Assembly: GCA_965208675.1 (NCBI GenBank)
Contig: OZ242351.1
Location: 4,032,001 to 4,096,000, forward strand
Direction: 5' to 3'
Length of the DNA: 64,000 bases
Origin: Candidatus Poribacteria bacterium
GTDB taxonomy: Bacteria > Poribacteria > WGA-4E > PCPOR2b
The number at the start of each line of letters is the position of its first letter. Position 1 is the first letter of the stretch. Under the pieces are notes generated by a model. That model saw nothing but the letters and a program-made list of their open reading frames with translations. It searched no databases and had not been told where the DNA came from. Position numbers and translations under genes: made by a program. This document shows positions 1 through 9,422 of the stretch, piece after piece.

Positions 1-27
1 ACTCATTTTTTCCCCAGTGCTCCATAC

Positions 28-315
28 TCAGTATTTCAATGGTTCGTGCTGGCAGGTCCGCGAAGTCATTTGCCTCGGAATAACAAACTGCTCAGTCAAC
101 CGTCGAAATCGTGACGCGTACATGAGTTGATATAAGCCCATCTGGTCTGGTATAAGTTTCTCGGCTTGAACTCGTGTTTGGTGAATTAGTTCCACGGCTT
201 CCCACAACGTCAGGTTACCCCATTGCATCTGCTCGCTTGTACAGTCGACGACCGTTTTGAGTCGGGTTAGCAAAGTGTCTTCCGTACAATTGGTGTGCAT
301 AATACACCGTACCAT
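28..315 (-). CDS. conserved hypothetical helical protein
   Basis: 95-aa ORF directly downstream of and co-oriented with the metallo-hydrolase; start uncertain. Confidence 0.6.
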   Translation of the reverse strand: MVRCIMHTNCTEDTLLTRLKTVVDCTSEQMQWGNLTLWEAVELIHQTRVQAEKLIPDQMGLYQLMYASRFRRLTEQFVIPRQMTSRTCQHEPLKY

Positions 316-338
316 TGAAGGTCACGTGAACCGGTATT

Positions 339-1049
339 TCAACTCAAGGTTTCACCGGGTTTGAGTTCAATGATTTCCAAAGCAAGGTCCGCGGTCAGTT
401 CACGCAGCGCATCCGGTGTTCCGGTTAGCACTGGAAATGTCCCGTAGTGCATGGGAATGATGGCAGGAACATTAAGCAATCTCGCTGCATACGCCGCCTC
501 CCTGGGTCCCATGGTAAAGTAATCCCCGATCGGAAGGAGAGCGAGATTCGGTTGGTAAATTTCGCTGATGATTCGCATATCACTAAACACGTTTGTGTCC
601 CCGGCGTGGTAAATCTTATATCCATTTGGAAATTCGACGATATACCCAGCCGGTTCGCCGCCGTACACGATTGATCCGTCGGCTTCCGTAATACCGTTGC
701 TGTGATTCGCATGAACCATCGTCACGTTTATCCCGTTTACAGTTTGAGTCCCGCCTTTATTCATGGCGCTGATGTTCTCGACGCCTTGCGCTTCAAGCCA
801 ACTACCGGTTTCGAGAATCGCCACAACTGTGGGCGTATATTCCTTCGCTAACTCGACAGCGTCTGCGAAGTGATCAGCGTGCGCGTGTGTGATGAGCATG
901 GTGTCAATTTTATCAAATGTTTTGAGGTCGTCCGGGCAAGACGGATTGTTCATCACCCACGAATCAATTAAGGTAGTTTGTCCATCAAATTCAACCTTAA
1001 ACGTCGCATGTCCCAGCCATGTGAGTTGAATGCCGTTATTCAGTGCCAT
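339..1049 (-). CDS. metal-dependent hydrolase, metallo-beta-lactamase fold (UPF0173-like)
   Basis: WLGHA, THAHADH, YHAGDT, IPMHYGTF motifs; GGAGG RBS. Confidence 0.92.
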   Translation of the reverse strand: MALNNGIQLTWLGHATFKVEFDGQTTLIDSWVMNNPSCPDDLKTFDKIDTMLITHAHADHFADAVELAKEYTPTVVAILETGSWLEAQGVENISAMNKGGTQTVNGINVTMVHANHSNGITEADGSIVYGGEPAGYIVEFPNGYKIYHAGDTNVFSDMRIISEIYQPNLALLPIGDYFTMGPREAAYAARLLNVPAIIPMHYGTFPVLTGTPDALRELTADLALEIIELKPGETLS

Positions 1050-1140
1050 ATAGTATCCTCCGTAATGTAAACCATTATGTTAAATTGATGTGCGCTTTGC
1101 AAATAGTTTAAATAGATAATCGCTATCAGTTCGCCGTCCA

Positions 1141-1169
1141 ATTATACATGGGGTGCATGACCCTTTCAA
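1141..1169 (-). promoter_or_regulatory. sigma70-type promoter for metallo-hydrolase
   Basis: TTGAAA-17 bp-TATAAT on minus strand. Confidence 0.65.
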
Positions 1170-1183
1170 CCAGAATTTTGATA

Positions 1184-1212
1184 TTGACGACAGCCGGTGC
1201 AGCCGTTATAAT
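1184..1212 (+). promoter_or_regulatory. sigma70-type promoter for FAH-hisC
   Basis: TTGACG-17 bp-TATAAT. Confidence 0.7.
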
Positions 1213-1277
1213 CAACCATCGTGAAGTCTTAACCGCCATAAGGTTCTTGAACTAAAACCCAACGAGTAGGAGAGGCA

Positions 1278-2213
1278 ATGAAATTAGTAAGTTTTCAGAG
1301 TTCTGATGGCGCCAAACTGGGTGCAATCATCGACGATCGAATCTTAGATCTTCAGACCACTTACAAAGCTGCCGTCGTAGATCCGGCTCTGCCCAAACTC
1401 CTAAACGGCATGGACGATTTTCTCGAAAGCGGGCAACGTGCATTTGATGCTGCGACTCATTCCATTCGCGTTGCGGAGGCGTCCCCTGAAAAAGCAGTTT
1501 GGGTGAAAGCTCCGGTCTTGCCGCCTGTTCCCAACCCAAACAAGATATTGCTGCTTGCCGGAAACTACGCCGCCCATATCGAAGAAGGCGGCGGTAAAGC
1601 TTTGAGTAAGGTAGAGACCACGCCGCGTGTATTCATGAAACCGCCAAGCACAACTCTGATCGCGTCCGAACAACCCATTGTTATTCCCGCTAACGGTGCT
1701 TTTATCGACTGGGAAGCTGAACTTGGCGTCGTCATCGGAAAACGCGGAAAATTTATCAGTGCCCGCGATGCTCACGACTACGTCGCGGGATATACCATTG
1801 TCAACGATGTCTCAGAGCGTAGGTTAAAAGTCAAGGACTCGCGGGTTCCCCGGGACGGCGATGGATGGTTTGATTGGCTCAATGGAAAATGGTTTGACAC
1901 CTTCGCACCGATTGGCCCCTGCTTGGTAACCAAGGACGACATTCCAAATCCGGATAATTTGCATCTTACATTGCGGCTTAACGGCGAGGTCAAGCAGGAT
2001 GCCAACACCGGGCAGATGATTTTCAACACGGCTGAGTTGGTCGAGTTTATTTCTACGCTGGTCACCCTCGAACCCGGGGATATTATTTCAACTGGTACCC
2101 CGTCCGGCGTTGGACACCCCGATGAAAAACTTGCTGACGGTGATGTTGTTGAAATCGAGATCGAAAAAATCGGCGTTCTGCGAAATCCGGTTGTTCAGAT
2201 GACAAACACGTAA
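1278..2213 (+). CDS. fumarylacetoacetate hydrolase family protein
   Basis: GNYAAH, DWEAELGVVIGK, NDVSER, GDIISTGTPSGVG motifs. Confidence 0.92.
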   Translation: MKLVSFQSSDGAKLGAIIDDRILDLQTTYKAAVVDPALPKLLNGMDDFLESGQRAFDAATHSIRVAEASPEKAVWVKAPVLPPVPNPNKILLLAGNYAAHIEEGGGKALSKVETTPRVFMKPPSTTLIASEQPIVIPANGAFIDWEAELGVVIGKRGKFISARDAHDYVAGYTIVNDVSERRLKVKDSRVPRDGDGWFDWLNGKWFDTFAPIGPCLVTKDDIPNPDNLHLTLRLNGEVKQDANTGQMIFNTAELVEFISTLVTLEPGDIISTGTPSGVGHPDEKLADGDVVEIEIEKIGVLRNPVVQMTNT

Positions 2214-2257
2214 TTTTCTGCATATCGAATAGAGATACATCAATCGCGAGGTGACTC

Positions 2258-3337
2258 ATGAAACCGAAATCGGGAATTGAAACTATCCACCCTTATCAAG
2301 GCGGTAAACCGATTGAAGAGGTCCAACGCGAATTAGGAATCACCGATATTATCAAATTGGCGTCAAATGAAAACCCGCTTGGCCCCTCCCCCTTAGCGAA
2401 AAACGCCATCCAACGGGCGGCCGATCAGGTGCATTTTTATCCTGACGGAGATGCGTATTACCTTAAAACTGAATTAGCAAAACACCTCGGCGTTGCGCCC
2501 GATAATCTAATCATGGGGAACGGTTCAGACGAGGTTCTTCAGATAATCGGGAAAACTTACCTGTCGCCCCATGACGAGGCAATCTATTCTGAAAGCGCGT
2601 TCGTCGTTTACATGCTGGTATCGAAGACCTGTGGCGCTAAATCAATTGTTACACCGATGCGTAGCTACACACATGACCTCGAAGCGATGGCGGACGCAAT
2701 CACCGATCAAACTCGCGTTATCTTCATTGCTAATCCAAACAACCCGACCGGTACAATCGTTACGAGCAATCAGGTGGATCGGTTCATGGCGCGTGTGCCG
2801 GATGATGTGCTCGTTGTCTTTGATGAAGCATACTTTGAGTATATTTATAGGTCCGACTATCCCCACACACTGCCATTGATTCAAGAAGGGCACAATGTCG
2901 TAATCACGCGGACATTTTCTAAGATTTACGGATTAGCCGGTTTGCGAATCGGATACGGCATTGCTAAACCGGAGATTATCCAAATGATGAATCGTGTCCG
3001 TCCACCGTTTAACAGCAACTCAATCGCACAAGAGGCGGCAAGGGCGGCGCTAAGGGATGATGCGCATGTCCGCTTTAGCCGACAGACTAATGCCGCGGGT
3101 AAAGCCTATCTGTACGGCGTATTCAATCGAATCGGAATAGAGTACGTCGAGTCCGACGGGAATTTCATTCTGGTTCACCTCAATGAATCCGGTCAGAACG
3201 TCGCCGACGCGCTAATGCGGAAAGGTGTAATTGTCCGCCCTGTCGCTGAATACGGATTTCCGAATGCGATCCGCGTGACCATCGGCAAGCGTGAGGAGAA
3301 TGAGCGGTTTGCAGATGCTTTGAAAGATGTAATGTAA
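2258..3337 (+). CDS. hisC: histidinol-phosphate aminotransferase
   Basis: KLASNENPLG, GNGSDE, ANPNNPTG, DEAY, RTFSKIYGLAGLRIGY. Confidence 0.95.
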   Translation: MKPKSGIETIHPYQGGKPIEEVQRELGITDIIKLASNENPLGPSPLAKNAIQRAADQVHFYPDGDAYYLKTELAKHLGVAPDNLIMGNGSDEVLQIIGKTYLSPHDEAIYSESAFVVYMLVSKTCGAKSIVTPMRSYTHDLEAMADAITDQTRVIFIANPNNPTGTIVTSNQVDRFMARVPDDVLVVFDEAYFEYIYRSDYPHTLPLIQEGHNVVITRTFSKIYGLAGLRIGYGIAKPEIIQMMNRVRPPFNSNSIAQEAARAALRDDAHVRFSRQTNAAGKAYLYGVFNRIGIEYVESDGNFILVHLNESGQNVADALMRKGVIVRPVAEYGFPNAIRVTIGKREENERFADALKDVM

Positions 3338-3380
3338 TTCGCAATGCGTTGACCGGCAAAGTCGGTCAGTTGCAAGCGAA
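3338..3380 (+). terminator. stem-loop after hisC
   Basis: TGACCGGC-AAA-GTCGGTCA core stem extended by TTCGC/GCGAA; no clear U-tract. Confidence 0.35.
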
Positions 3381-3422
3381 GTCCAAAAAGGTAAGCCTAA
3401 GGCGTATGGAGGATTTTTTCCA

Positions 3423-3452
3423 TTGACAACCGCGGCTTAAATGGGGTATCTT
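3423..3452 (+). promoter_or_regulatory. sigma70-type promoter of ylxM-ffh operon
   Basis: TTGACA-18 bp-TATCTT. Confidence 0.6.
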
Positions 3453-3459
3453 TTAGAGC

Positions 3460-3481
3460 TGTCAAGCCAAATGTCTTGACA
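3460..3481. promoter_or_regulatory. palindromic operator candidate upstream of ylxM
   Basis: TGTCAAG-N8-CTTGACA perfect 7-bp inverted repeat just downstream of the -10. Confidence 0.5.
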
Positions 3482-3516
3482 CCTGTAAACGAAGTCAGTG
3501 GCTGGGGCCGCCCATT

Positions 3517-3882
3517 TTGCCAATTGAAAAACTGAAGTTTGTCCACTTGTGCGATTTCTATGGAAATCTCCTAACTGAAAAACAGCGGGGATTCCTCAAA
3601 CTGCATTATGAACAGGATTTGTCGTTCGGAGAGATTGCCGCGTGCTTTGATGTCACACGTCAAGCCGTCTGTGATTCAATTAAGTCAGCCGAAACTGCCC
3701 TCGAACGCTATGAGCACGCGCTAGGTCTGCTATCCGATTTTCACCGTCAAAGAGAAGTGTTTACGGATATATTGACGCGTCTTGAGGGTTTAGAATACGG
3801 ACTTGATAATAGAGAAAAGATTTGTACAATTCAATACATTAGAAAATGCGTCTACGCATTGATGGATTCTTCAGAATCCTAG
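3517..3882 (+). CDS. ylxM: YlxM family HTH protein (SRP-associated)
   Basis: DFYGNLLTEKQ...DLSFGEIA...TRQAV signature; directly upstream of ffh; TTG start. Confidence 0.88.
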   Translation: MPIEKLKFVHLCDFYGNLLTEKQRGFLKLHYEQDLSFGEIAACFDVTRQAVCDSIKSAETALERYEHALGLLSDFHRQREVFTDILTRLEGLEYGLDNREKICTIQYIRKCVYALMDSSES

Positions 3883-3900
3883 AGAACGTAAAGGCTTCGC

Positions 3901-5280
3901 ATGTTTGAGAGTTTGACTGAAAAATTACAGGGCACCTTCAAGAAGCTTAGCGGGCGCGGAAAATTGACCGAAAAAAATGTTTCCGACGCCCTCAGAGAGG
4001 TCCGGTTTGCGTTATTGGAAGCGGATGTAAATTACAAGATTGTCCGAGATTTTATCAATGACGTAAAGGACAAGGCGCTAGGCCAGGAAGTGCTCGGCAG
4101 CCTAACACCCGAGCTTCAAATCGCCAAGATTTTTGGCGATGAACTCACGAAGCTAATGGGAACCGAAGTTGAGAAAGTCAAGATTGCTTCAAGCGGGCCG
4201 ACAATTATTATGATGGTGGGGCTGCAAGGTTCCGGGAAAACTACTGCGGCTGCGAAACTCGCTCTCCAATACCGCGCAGATGGGCGACAACCGCTCTTGG
4301 TCGCTGCGGACATTTATCGGCCGGCAGCCATTAAGCAGCTTCAAATGCTCGGCGAGGAGATTGATGTGCCTGTTTTTTCCATGGGCACCGAGGTTTCGCC
4401 GGTCAATATTGTTCAAGCCGCCGTCAAGAGCGCTGTAAGTCTTGCCCAGAATTTTGTCATCATTGACACTGCTGGACGCTTACATGTGAACGAAGAGTTA
4501 ATGGAAGAACTGCGCTCGATTAAGTCGGCTGTTAACCCCACCGAAATTCTACTTGTCGTCGATGCGATGACAGGTCAAGACGCGGTCAATATCGCCGAGA
4601 ATTTTAACACCGATTTAAATATTGACGGCGTAATTCTGTCCAAGCTCGATGGCGATGCCCGCGGCGGCGCCGCCCTCTCCATACGTGCTGTAATCCAAAA
4701 ACCCATCAAATTCGTCGGCGTTGGCGAAAAGGTTAGCCCGACGACGCTCGAAGAGTTTCATCCCGACCGAATGGCTTCACGCATTTTGGGGCAGGGAGAT
4801 TTCAGTACGTTACTCGAAAGAGCCGAATCCGTTTTTAGTGAAGATCAAGCGAAGGAACTGGAACGTAAACTGACCGATAAGCAAGGCTTGGATTTTGAAG
4901 ATCTCTTAATCCAGATAGAGCAGATTAAAAAAATGGGCCCCTTGGATCAGCTGATTGAGATGATTCCCGGTGCAAATAATTTGCCAATGAAAGGTATCCA
5001 AGCTGACGAGTCGCAATTGAAATACGCCAAAGCAATCGTACAATCCATGACACCCCAGGAGCGTCGAAATGCGCGCATTCTCAATCATAGCCGACGCCTT
5101 CGGATTGCCAACGGAAGCGGAACCTCGGTTCGCCAAGTTAACCAATTGGTAGAGCAACTGAAGCTCATGAACCGCATGGTTAAACAACACACCGGACTAG
5201 AAATGCCTCAACTCGCGGCGAAGCAAATTGGGAAAAGGCCCAAAGGTTTGCAGAAGCGAAGAAAGCGTAAGAGGCGTTGA
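3901..5280 (+). CDS. ffh: signal recognition particle protein
   Basis: GLQGSGKTT, DTAGR, KLDGDARGG, RIANGSGT. Confidence 0.97.
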   Translation: MFESLTEKLQGTFKKLSGRGKLTEKNVSDALREVRFALLEADVNYKIVRDFINDVKDKALGQEVLGSLTPELQIAKIFGDELTKLMGTEVEKVKIASSGPTIIMMVGLQGSGKTTAAAKLALQYRADGRQPLLVAADIYRPAAIKQLQMLGEEIDVPVFSMGTEVSPVNIVQAAVKSAVSLAQNFVIIDTAGRLHVNEELMEELRSIKSAVNPTEILLVVDAMTGQDAVNIAENFNTDLNIDGVILSKLDGDARGGAALSIRAVIQKPIKFVGVGEKVSPTTLEEFHPDRMASRILGQGDFSTLLERAESVFSEDQAKELERKLTDKQGLDFEDLLIQIEQIKKMGPLDQLIEMIPGANNLPMKGIQADESQLKYAKAIVQSMTPQERRNARILNHSRRLRIANGSGTSVRQVNQLVEQLKLMNRMVKQHTGLEMPQLAAKQIGKRPKGLQKRRKRKRR

Positions 5281-5324
5281 GTGAATCAGTTAATCGTTAA
5301 TCTTTACGAATGAGGAGGTAATAT

Positions 5325-5762
5325 TTGCCAGTTAGACTTAGACTGCAACGCCATGGAAGAAAAAAACGCCCTTTTTATCGGCTCGTGGCTGCCGATTCGC
5401 GCAGCCAACGGGATGGGCGCTTTCTTGAAAGGCTTGGTTACTATAATCCGTTGACCGATCCAGCGGAAATTGTTGTCAATGAAGAAAAGGCATTGAAATG
5501 GCTGAAACAAGGCGCACGCCCATCGGATACGGCAAAGAGCCTTTTGTCAAAAGCCGGAATCTGGGAGAAATACATCAACGAAAAATTAGGGATCGTCCAG
5601 ACGAATAGCGAGGGGGATAGTTCTGACCGACATAGCACGGAAACAGAACCATCTTCCGAAGACCAACCTTCGTCGTCGGCCGATGAGCCGAATGCAACTT
5701 CCGATGAAGAGGTAGAGGAAAACACATCCTCGGAGACATCTTCCGAATCACCGGAGGCATAA
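5325..5762 (+). CDS. rpsP: 30S ribosomal protein S16 with acidic C-terminal tail
   Basis: [24 protein letters not shown]...LGYYNP; GAGGAGG RBS and TTG start. Confidence 0.95.
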   Translation: MPVRLRLQRHGRKKRPFYRLVAADSRSQRDGRFLERLGYYNPLTDPAEIVVNEEKALKWLKQGARPSDTAKSLLSKAGIWEKYINEKLGIVQTNSEGDSSDRHSTETEPSSEDQPSSSADEPNATSDEEVEENTSSETSSESPEA

Positions 5763-5909
5763 GACAAAGATGTGGTTCTAAACTCGGTTCCACGCCCTGT
5801 GCTATCGCTTACTATCCAAACAACATCAATTGTCGGTAACGATTGGGCGAACGAATTGTGAGTGCGATAGTCTTCGCGTATGCGGTCGTAATGCGGTTAT
5901 AAGTTTTTA

Positions 5910-5979
5910 GCTCCAGCGGAGCGGCATGTCTATAGAACCGGAATTCACAACTCTCTTCCGCTCCGGCGGAGCGGTATGT
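5910..5979. repeat. direct doublet of 20-nt palindromic REP-like units
   Basis: GCTCCAGCGGAGCGGCATGT (5910-5929) and GCTCCGGCGGAGCGGTATGT (5960-5979), 50-nt period. Confidence 0.75.
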
Positions 5980-6052
5980 TACTCACCTTTTGATTTTAGT
6001 GGCTGGCGGTCATTACGAGAAGCTGAAAAACCGTACGTCATAAGGATGTTTC

Positions 6053-6292
6053 ATGTTAAAGGATTTGATTGAATTCATTGCGCAATCTCTAGTAGACCAT
6101 CCGGAGCAAGTTAAGGTGCGTGAGATTGAGGAGGAAATGGTAACGGTCGTAGAGTTGAGCGTCGCAGGCGAAGATTTGGGAAAGGTAATTGGAAAGGGCG
6201 GGCGTACCGCGAAAGCCATGAGAGCTGTATTGCTTACGGCTGGCGTTAAAGCCAATAAAAAAACAGTGCTGGAAATCATCGAGTCGCATTAG
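6053..6292 (+). CDS. khpA: KH-domain RNA-binding protein KhpA/YlqC
   Basis: LVDHPEQV...DLGKVIGKGGRTAKAMR; position after rpsP. Confidence 0.93.
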   Translation: MLKDLIEFIAQSLVDHPEQVKVREIEEEMVTVVELSVAGEDLGKVIGKGGRTAKAMRAVLLTAGVKANKKTVLEIIESH

Positions 6293-6347
6293 TTACTTAA
6301 TTCGCAAAAATGATTTCCTCGCGCCTATTATCAATTGAGATTAAACA

Positions 6348-6755
6348 ATGGCTGTTATTGTAAAACGACCTGTTATTGTGAAAAATATTGTCACCCAGGC
6401 TTTTAAAGAACAACTCACCGCGGAATTAACGCAAGCAATTCAACAGATTGAGGAGTGGCTCGAACAGGAAGAATTCAAGAGTCGCCGCATGATTGCAGAA
6501 GCGCAAAAGCACGATGCGCGCCGCGTCAGTCAGTTGCGTGAGCAAGCAAGACAGGAACGGGAAAAACAGGAACAGGTCAGGAACAATCTCAAGCAGAAAT
6601 TAGAACAAGTCCAGCAGCTTGAAATTGACAGCCTTTTCGTCAGCGGGACGTATGATGCGCCTGTCAAAATCGAAGTTGGCGATGACATTCGCACCAAGCT
6701 GTCGCAGGCGGAAATAGTTGTTAAAGACGGAACTGTTGTTCGGATTACTGAATGA
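6348..6755 (+). CDS. ylqD: YlqD family protein
   Basis: KRPVIVKNIVT...EIVVKDGTVV pattern and position after khpA. Confidence 0.8.
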   Translation: MAVIVKRPVIVKNIVTQAFKEQLTAELTQAIQQIEEWLEQEEFKSRRMIAEAQKHDARRVSQLREQARQEREKQEQVRNNLKQKLEQVQQLEIDSLFVSGTYDAPVKIEVGDDIRTKLSQAEIVVKDGTVVRITE

Positions 6756-7484
6756 ATGAGAATTGATGTCATCGCTCTATTCCCAGAAATCATACTTCCT
6801 GCGCTGCAAGTCGGTGTCTTAAAACGGACGCAAGATGCCGGGATTTTGACAATCAATGTTCACAATCTCCGGGATTTTACGGCGGATCGGCATCAAACCG
6901 TCGATGATTATCCGTACGGCGGCGGGGCGGGGATGATTATGAAACCCGAACCCCTTTTTGCCGCCGTCAGAACGTTGTGCCGTGATTCGACAGCCCGAGT
7001 AATCTATTTGACGCCGCAGGGCACGCCTTTAACGCAGTCGCTTGCCGAAGCCCTCTCGCTTGAATCGCATCTTCTGCTGATATGTGGGCGTTACAAGGGA
7101 ATTGATGAACGCGTTCGAATGAGTTTGGTCACAAACGAGATATCCATTGGGGACTATGTGCTGAGCGGGGGCGAGATTCCGGCGCTTGTACTGATTGATG
7201 CAGTCGGGCGAGTCCTGCCGCGCGCCTTGGGAGATTATGAGTCGGCGCAAGGAGATTCTTTTAGCCAAGAGTTGCTCGATCACCCGCACTACACCCGGCC
7301 GGCGGAGTTTGAGGGTATGACAGTTCCTGAAGCACTCTTGAGCGGGAATCACGAAAAGATTACGGAATGGCGGCATGAACAATCGCTCAAACGGACGGCT
7401 GAACAACGTCCAGACCTGCTTGAGAAATATCAGCTCACTGAAGAGGATATCGCGTATTTGGATAGCCAAAAACCTGAACGATAA
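6756..7484 (+). CDS. trmD: tRNA (guanine37-N1)-methyltransferase
   Basis: VDDYPYGGGAGM, SIGDYVLSGGE, PHYTRP. Confidence 0.96.
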   Translation: MRIDVIALFPEIILPALQVGVLKRTQDAGILTINVHNLRDFTADRHQTVDDYPYGGGAGMIMKPEPLFAAVRTLCRDSTARVIYLTPQGTPLTQSLAEALSLESHLLLICGRYKGIDERVRMSLVTNEISIGDYVLSGGEIPALVLIDAVGRVLPRALGDYESAQGDSFSQELLDHPHYTRPAEFEGMTVPEALLSGNHEKITEWRHEQSLKRTAEQRPDLLEKYQLTEEDIAYLDSQKPER

Positions 7485-7505
7485 ACCAAGAGAGTGAGGA
7501 AGTTT

Positions 7506-7570
7506 GGCAGGCGCAAGACCTGTCCCTACAACGGATTCATTCTCTGTAGGGGCAACACTTGTGGTTGCCT
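7506..7570. repeat. inverted pair of GTAG-type REP-like units
   Basis: 7506-7529 is the reverse complement of GTAGGGACAGGTCTTGCGCCTGCC; 7546-7570 reads GTAGGGGCAACACTTGTGGTTGCCT. Confidence 0.7.
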
Positions 7571-7605
7571 GCTACAAAAAAAATAATTAAGGAAGTGAAA
7601 TAACC

Positions 7606-7962
7606 ATGAATCTGATACAATCTGTTGAAAGTAAGTATATTAAGGATGACATTCCTAATTTTGGTCCAGGAGATACAGTGAGAGTGAACACCCGAATTCG
7701 CGAGGGGAAAAAGGAACGCACCCAAGCGTATGAGGGGACCGTGATTCGGTGTACTAAGGGCGGATTGAGTTCAACTTTTACGGTACGCCGGGTTGCGTAT
7801 GGCGAGGGAACCGAACGGACGTTTCCGCTTCACTCGCCAAACATTGAGAGTATTGAGGTCATACGGTTCGGCGCCGTACGTCGAGCCAAGCTATACTACT
7901 TACGCAATCGGACCGGAAAATCGGTGCGAATCCGCGAGAAGAAGCAGGCGAGTGATGCTTAA
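7606..7962 (+). CDS. rplS: 50S ribosomal protein L19
   Basis: [28 protein letters not shown]. Confidence 0.97.
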   Translation: MNLIQSVESKYIKDDIPNFGPGDTVRVNTRIREGKKERTQAYEGTVIRCTKGGLSSTFTVRRVAYGEGTERTFPLHSPNIESIEVIRFGAVRRAKLYYLRNRTGKSVRIREKKQASDA

Positions 7963-8108
7963 TTCTCTAAAACAACGGTGGCATCTAAGATTTTATTGCC
8001 TTTAGTGCTAGTTTTTTAGGGAGCCTCATAAAGATTTCCTTCGGCACGGGCTTGTCTCGCATCGTTTATTGATGTGTGCTACTCTTCCCACGGTGGGGCG
8101 ATCCCATA

Positions 8109-8172
8109 AATTCCCCTCCTTTCCAAGTGGGGTCGAGGAGGTCGCATCAATTCCCCACCTTACCAAGGGGGA
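8109..8172. repeat. direct doublet of CCCC-CCTT..AAGGGG palindromic units
   Basis: AATTCCCCTCCTTTCCAAGTGGGG (8109-8132) vs AATTCCCCACCTTACCAAGGGGGA (8149-8172), 40-nt period. Confidence 0.6.
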
Positions 8173-8193
8173 TCAACTGAGCGGATAGCGAAG
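8170..8193 (+). repeat. dispersed 24-nt intergenic repeat, copy 1
   Basis: GGATCAACTGAGCGGATAGCGAAG, 22/24 identical to 24521-24544. Confidence 0.65.
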
Positions 8194-8414
8194 GCGATAG
8201 TGTTAGGTTTGCACGTCTGCCTCCGTTGACGATTGAGAATCTGCTCATAAACGTTCTCGGCTTGCAAATGAACATGTCAAAACGCAGCGATCAAATGACC
8301 GTACGGGGAAGGATTAGCCGATTGTTGACCTTCAGTCTTCACTAGTTTTTGAGCCGAAACGTTTTTTTCGGGTTAATTTGTGAAAATTCTGATTTCAACG
8401 GCTGTACAAGGCCT

Positions 8415-9398
8415 ATGAGGAAAACTCAATCGATAACGGACACCTCGCCGGAGCGTGCAAACGGCAAGAATGCAGATACACTCCGATTCTGTGTCGTTGC
8501 GGATTGGCACGGCGCGCATGAACCGTTTGGCGAGTTAGCGCATCGTCTCATCGAAGAACGGCCTGAATTTGTCCTTGTTCCCGGCGATCTAGTTAATGCG
8601 AAAGGCGGCGATCCTGCCCCTTGGAAACACTTCTTCGCAGGCATCCGTCCCCTGCTAGACGCCGGTATCACGTATTTTCCCGTACCCGGCAATCACGATT
8701 TCGATGGAGACATCGCCGCCGCTCAACACGAGTGGATCAAAAGGTTTGACCTTCCGGACAATCAGTTCTTCTATTCCTTCGATTCCAGCCGCGCTCACTT
8801 CACGGGGTTGTGCGTCACGAAGGGGATGCTCATCCATGAGTTCGACCTGCCCGAAGGACGTATATCGCAACTCCAATGGTTCGAAGGCGATTTAGAATCC
8901 TCACGTCATGCGCGCTGGCGCTTCATCTTCCACCACGAGCCGGGTGCAGCGTTTTGCCGACTCAGTACCCCCAATGACGGCTTAGGACTCGCGGAGGTGT
9001 CCGAATCGGTGGAACCACTCGCATTCCGCGAAGGCGTGGATCTCATCTTTCGAGGCCATCAACACCTCTACGAGCGCACATACCCCGTCAATCCAATCGA
9101 AAAAGTGCGCGACGACCGCCGCGGCGTTGTTCTCATTACCGTCGGCGGCGGCAACATCAATTACCGCCCGATAGATGCAATAGATGCCGTCCCCAAATGG
9201 TTCGACGCAGTAATCAGCGTACACCAGATGCACTACCTCACAATTCAGTTGACTGGAGACAGACTGGATGCCGAAGCGAAGAATCTTGCCGGGGAAGTGT
9301 TCGATCGATTCACCATCCAAAAGTTTCCCGACGGATCACGAGAATGGGGAGGCCTCCCACCGACGCCCGTCTTCCTCGTCGAAAACCAACCGTGCTAA
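8415..9398 (+). CDS. calcineurin-like metallophosphoesterase (purple acid phosphatase-like)
   Basis: ADWH, PGDLV, PGNHD, FHHEP, GHQHLYER; ATG at 8415 chosen, ORF track starts at 8349. Confidence 0.85.
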   Translation: MRKTQSITDTSPERANGKNADTLRFCVVADWHGAHEPFGELAHRLIEERPEFVLVPGDLVNAKGGDPAPWKHFFAGIRPLLDAGITYFPVPGNHDFDGDIAAAQHEWIKRFDLPDNQFFYSFDSSRAHFTGLCVTKGMLIHEFDLPEGRISQLQWFEGDLESSRHARWRFIFHHEPGAAFCRLSTPNDGLGLAEVSESVEPLAFREGVDLIFRGHQHLYERTYPVNPIEKVRDDRRGVVLITVGGGNINYRPIDAIDAVPKWFDAVISVHQMHYLTIQLTGDRLDAEAKNLAGEVFDRFTIQKFPDGSREWGGLPPTPVFLVENQPC

Positions 9399-9422
9399 CG
9401 AAATCGAGCACGGAGAGTAATC

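Noticed and set aside
5910-5979. Mini CRISPR array (20-nt repeat, 30-nt spacer)
   Set aside because: Only two short imperfect units and no cas genes in the window; fits a REP-like doublet better
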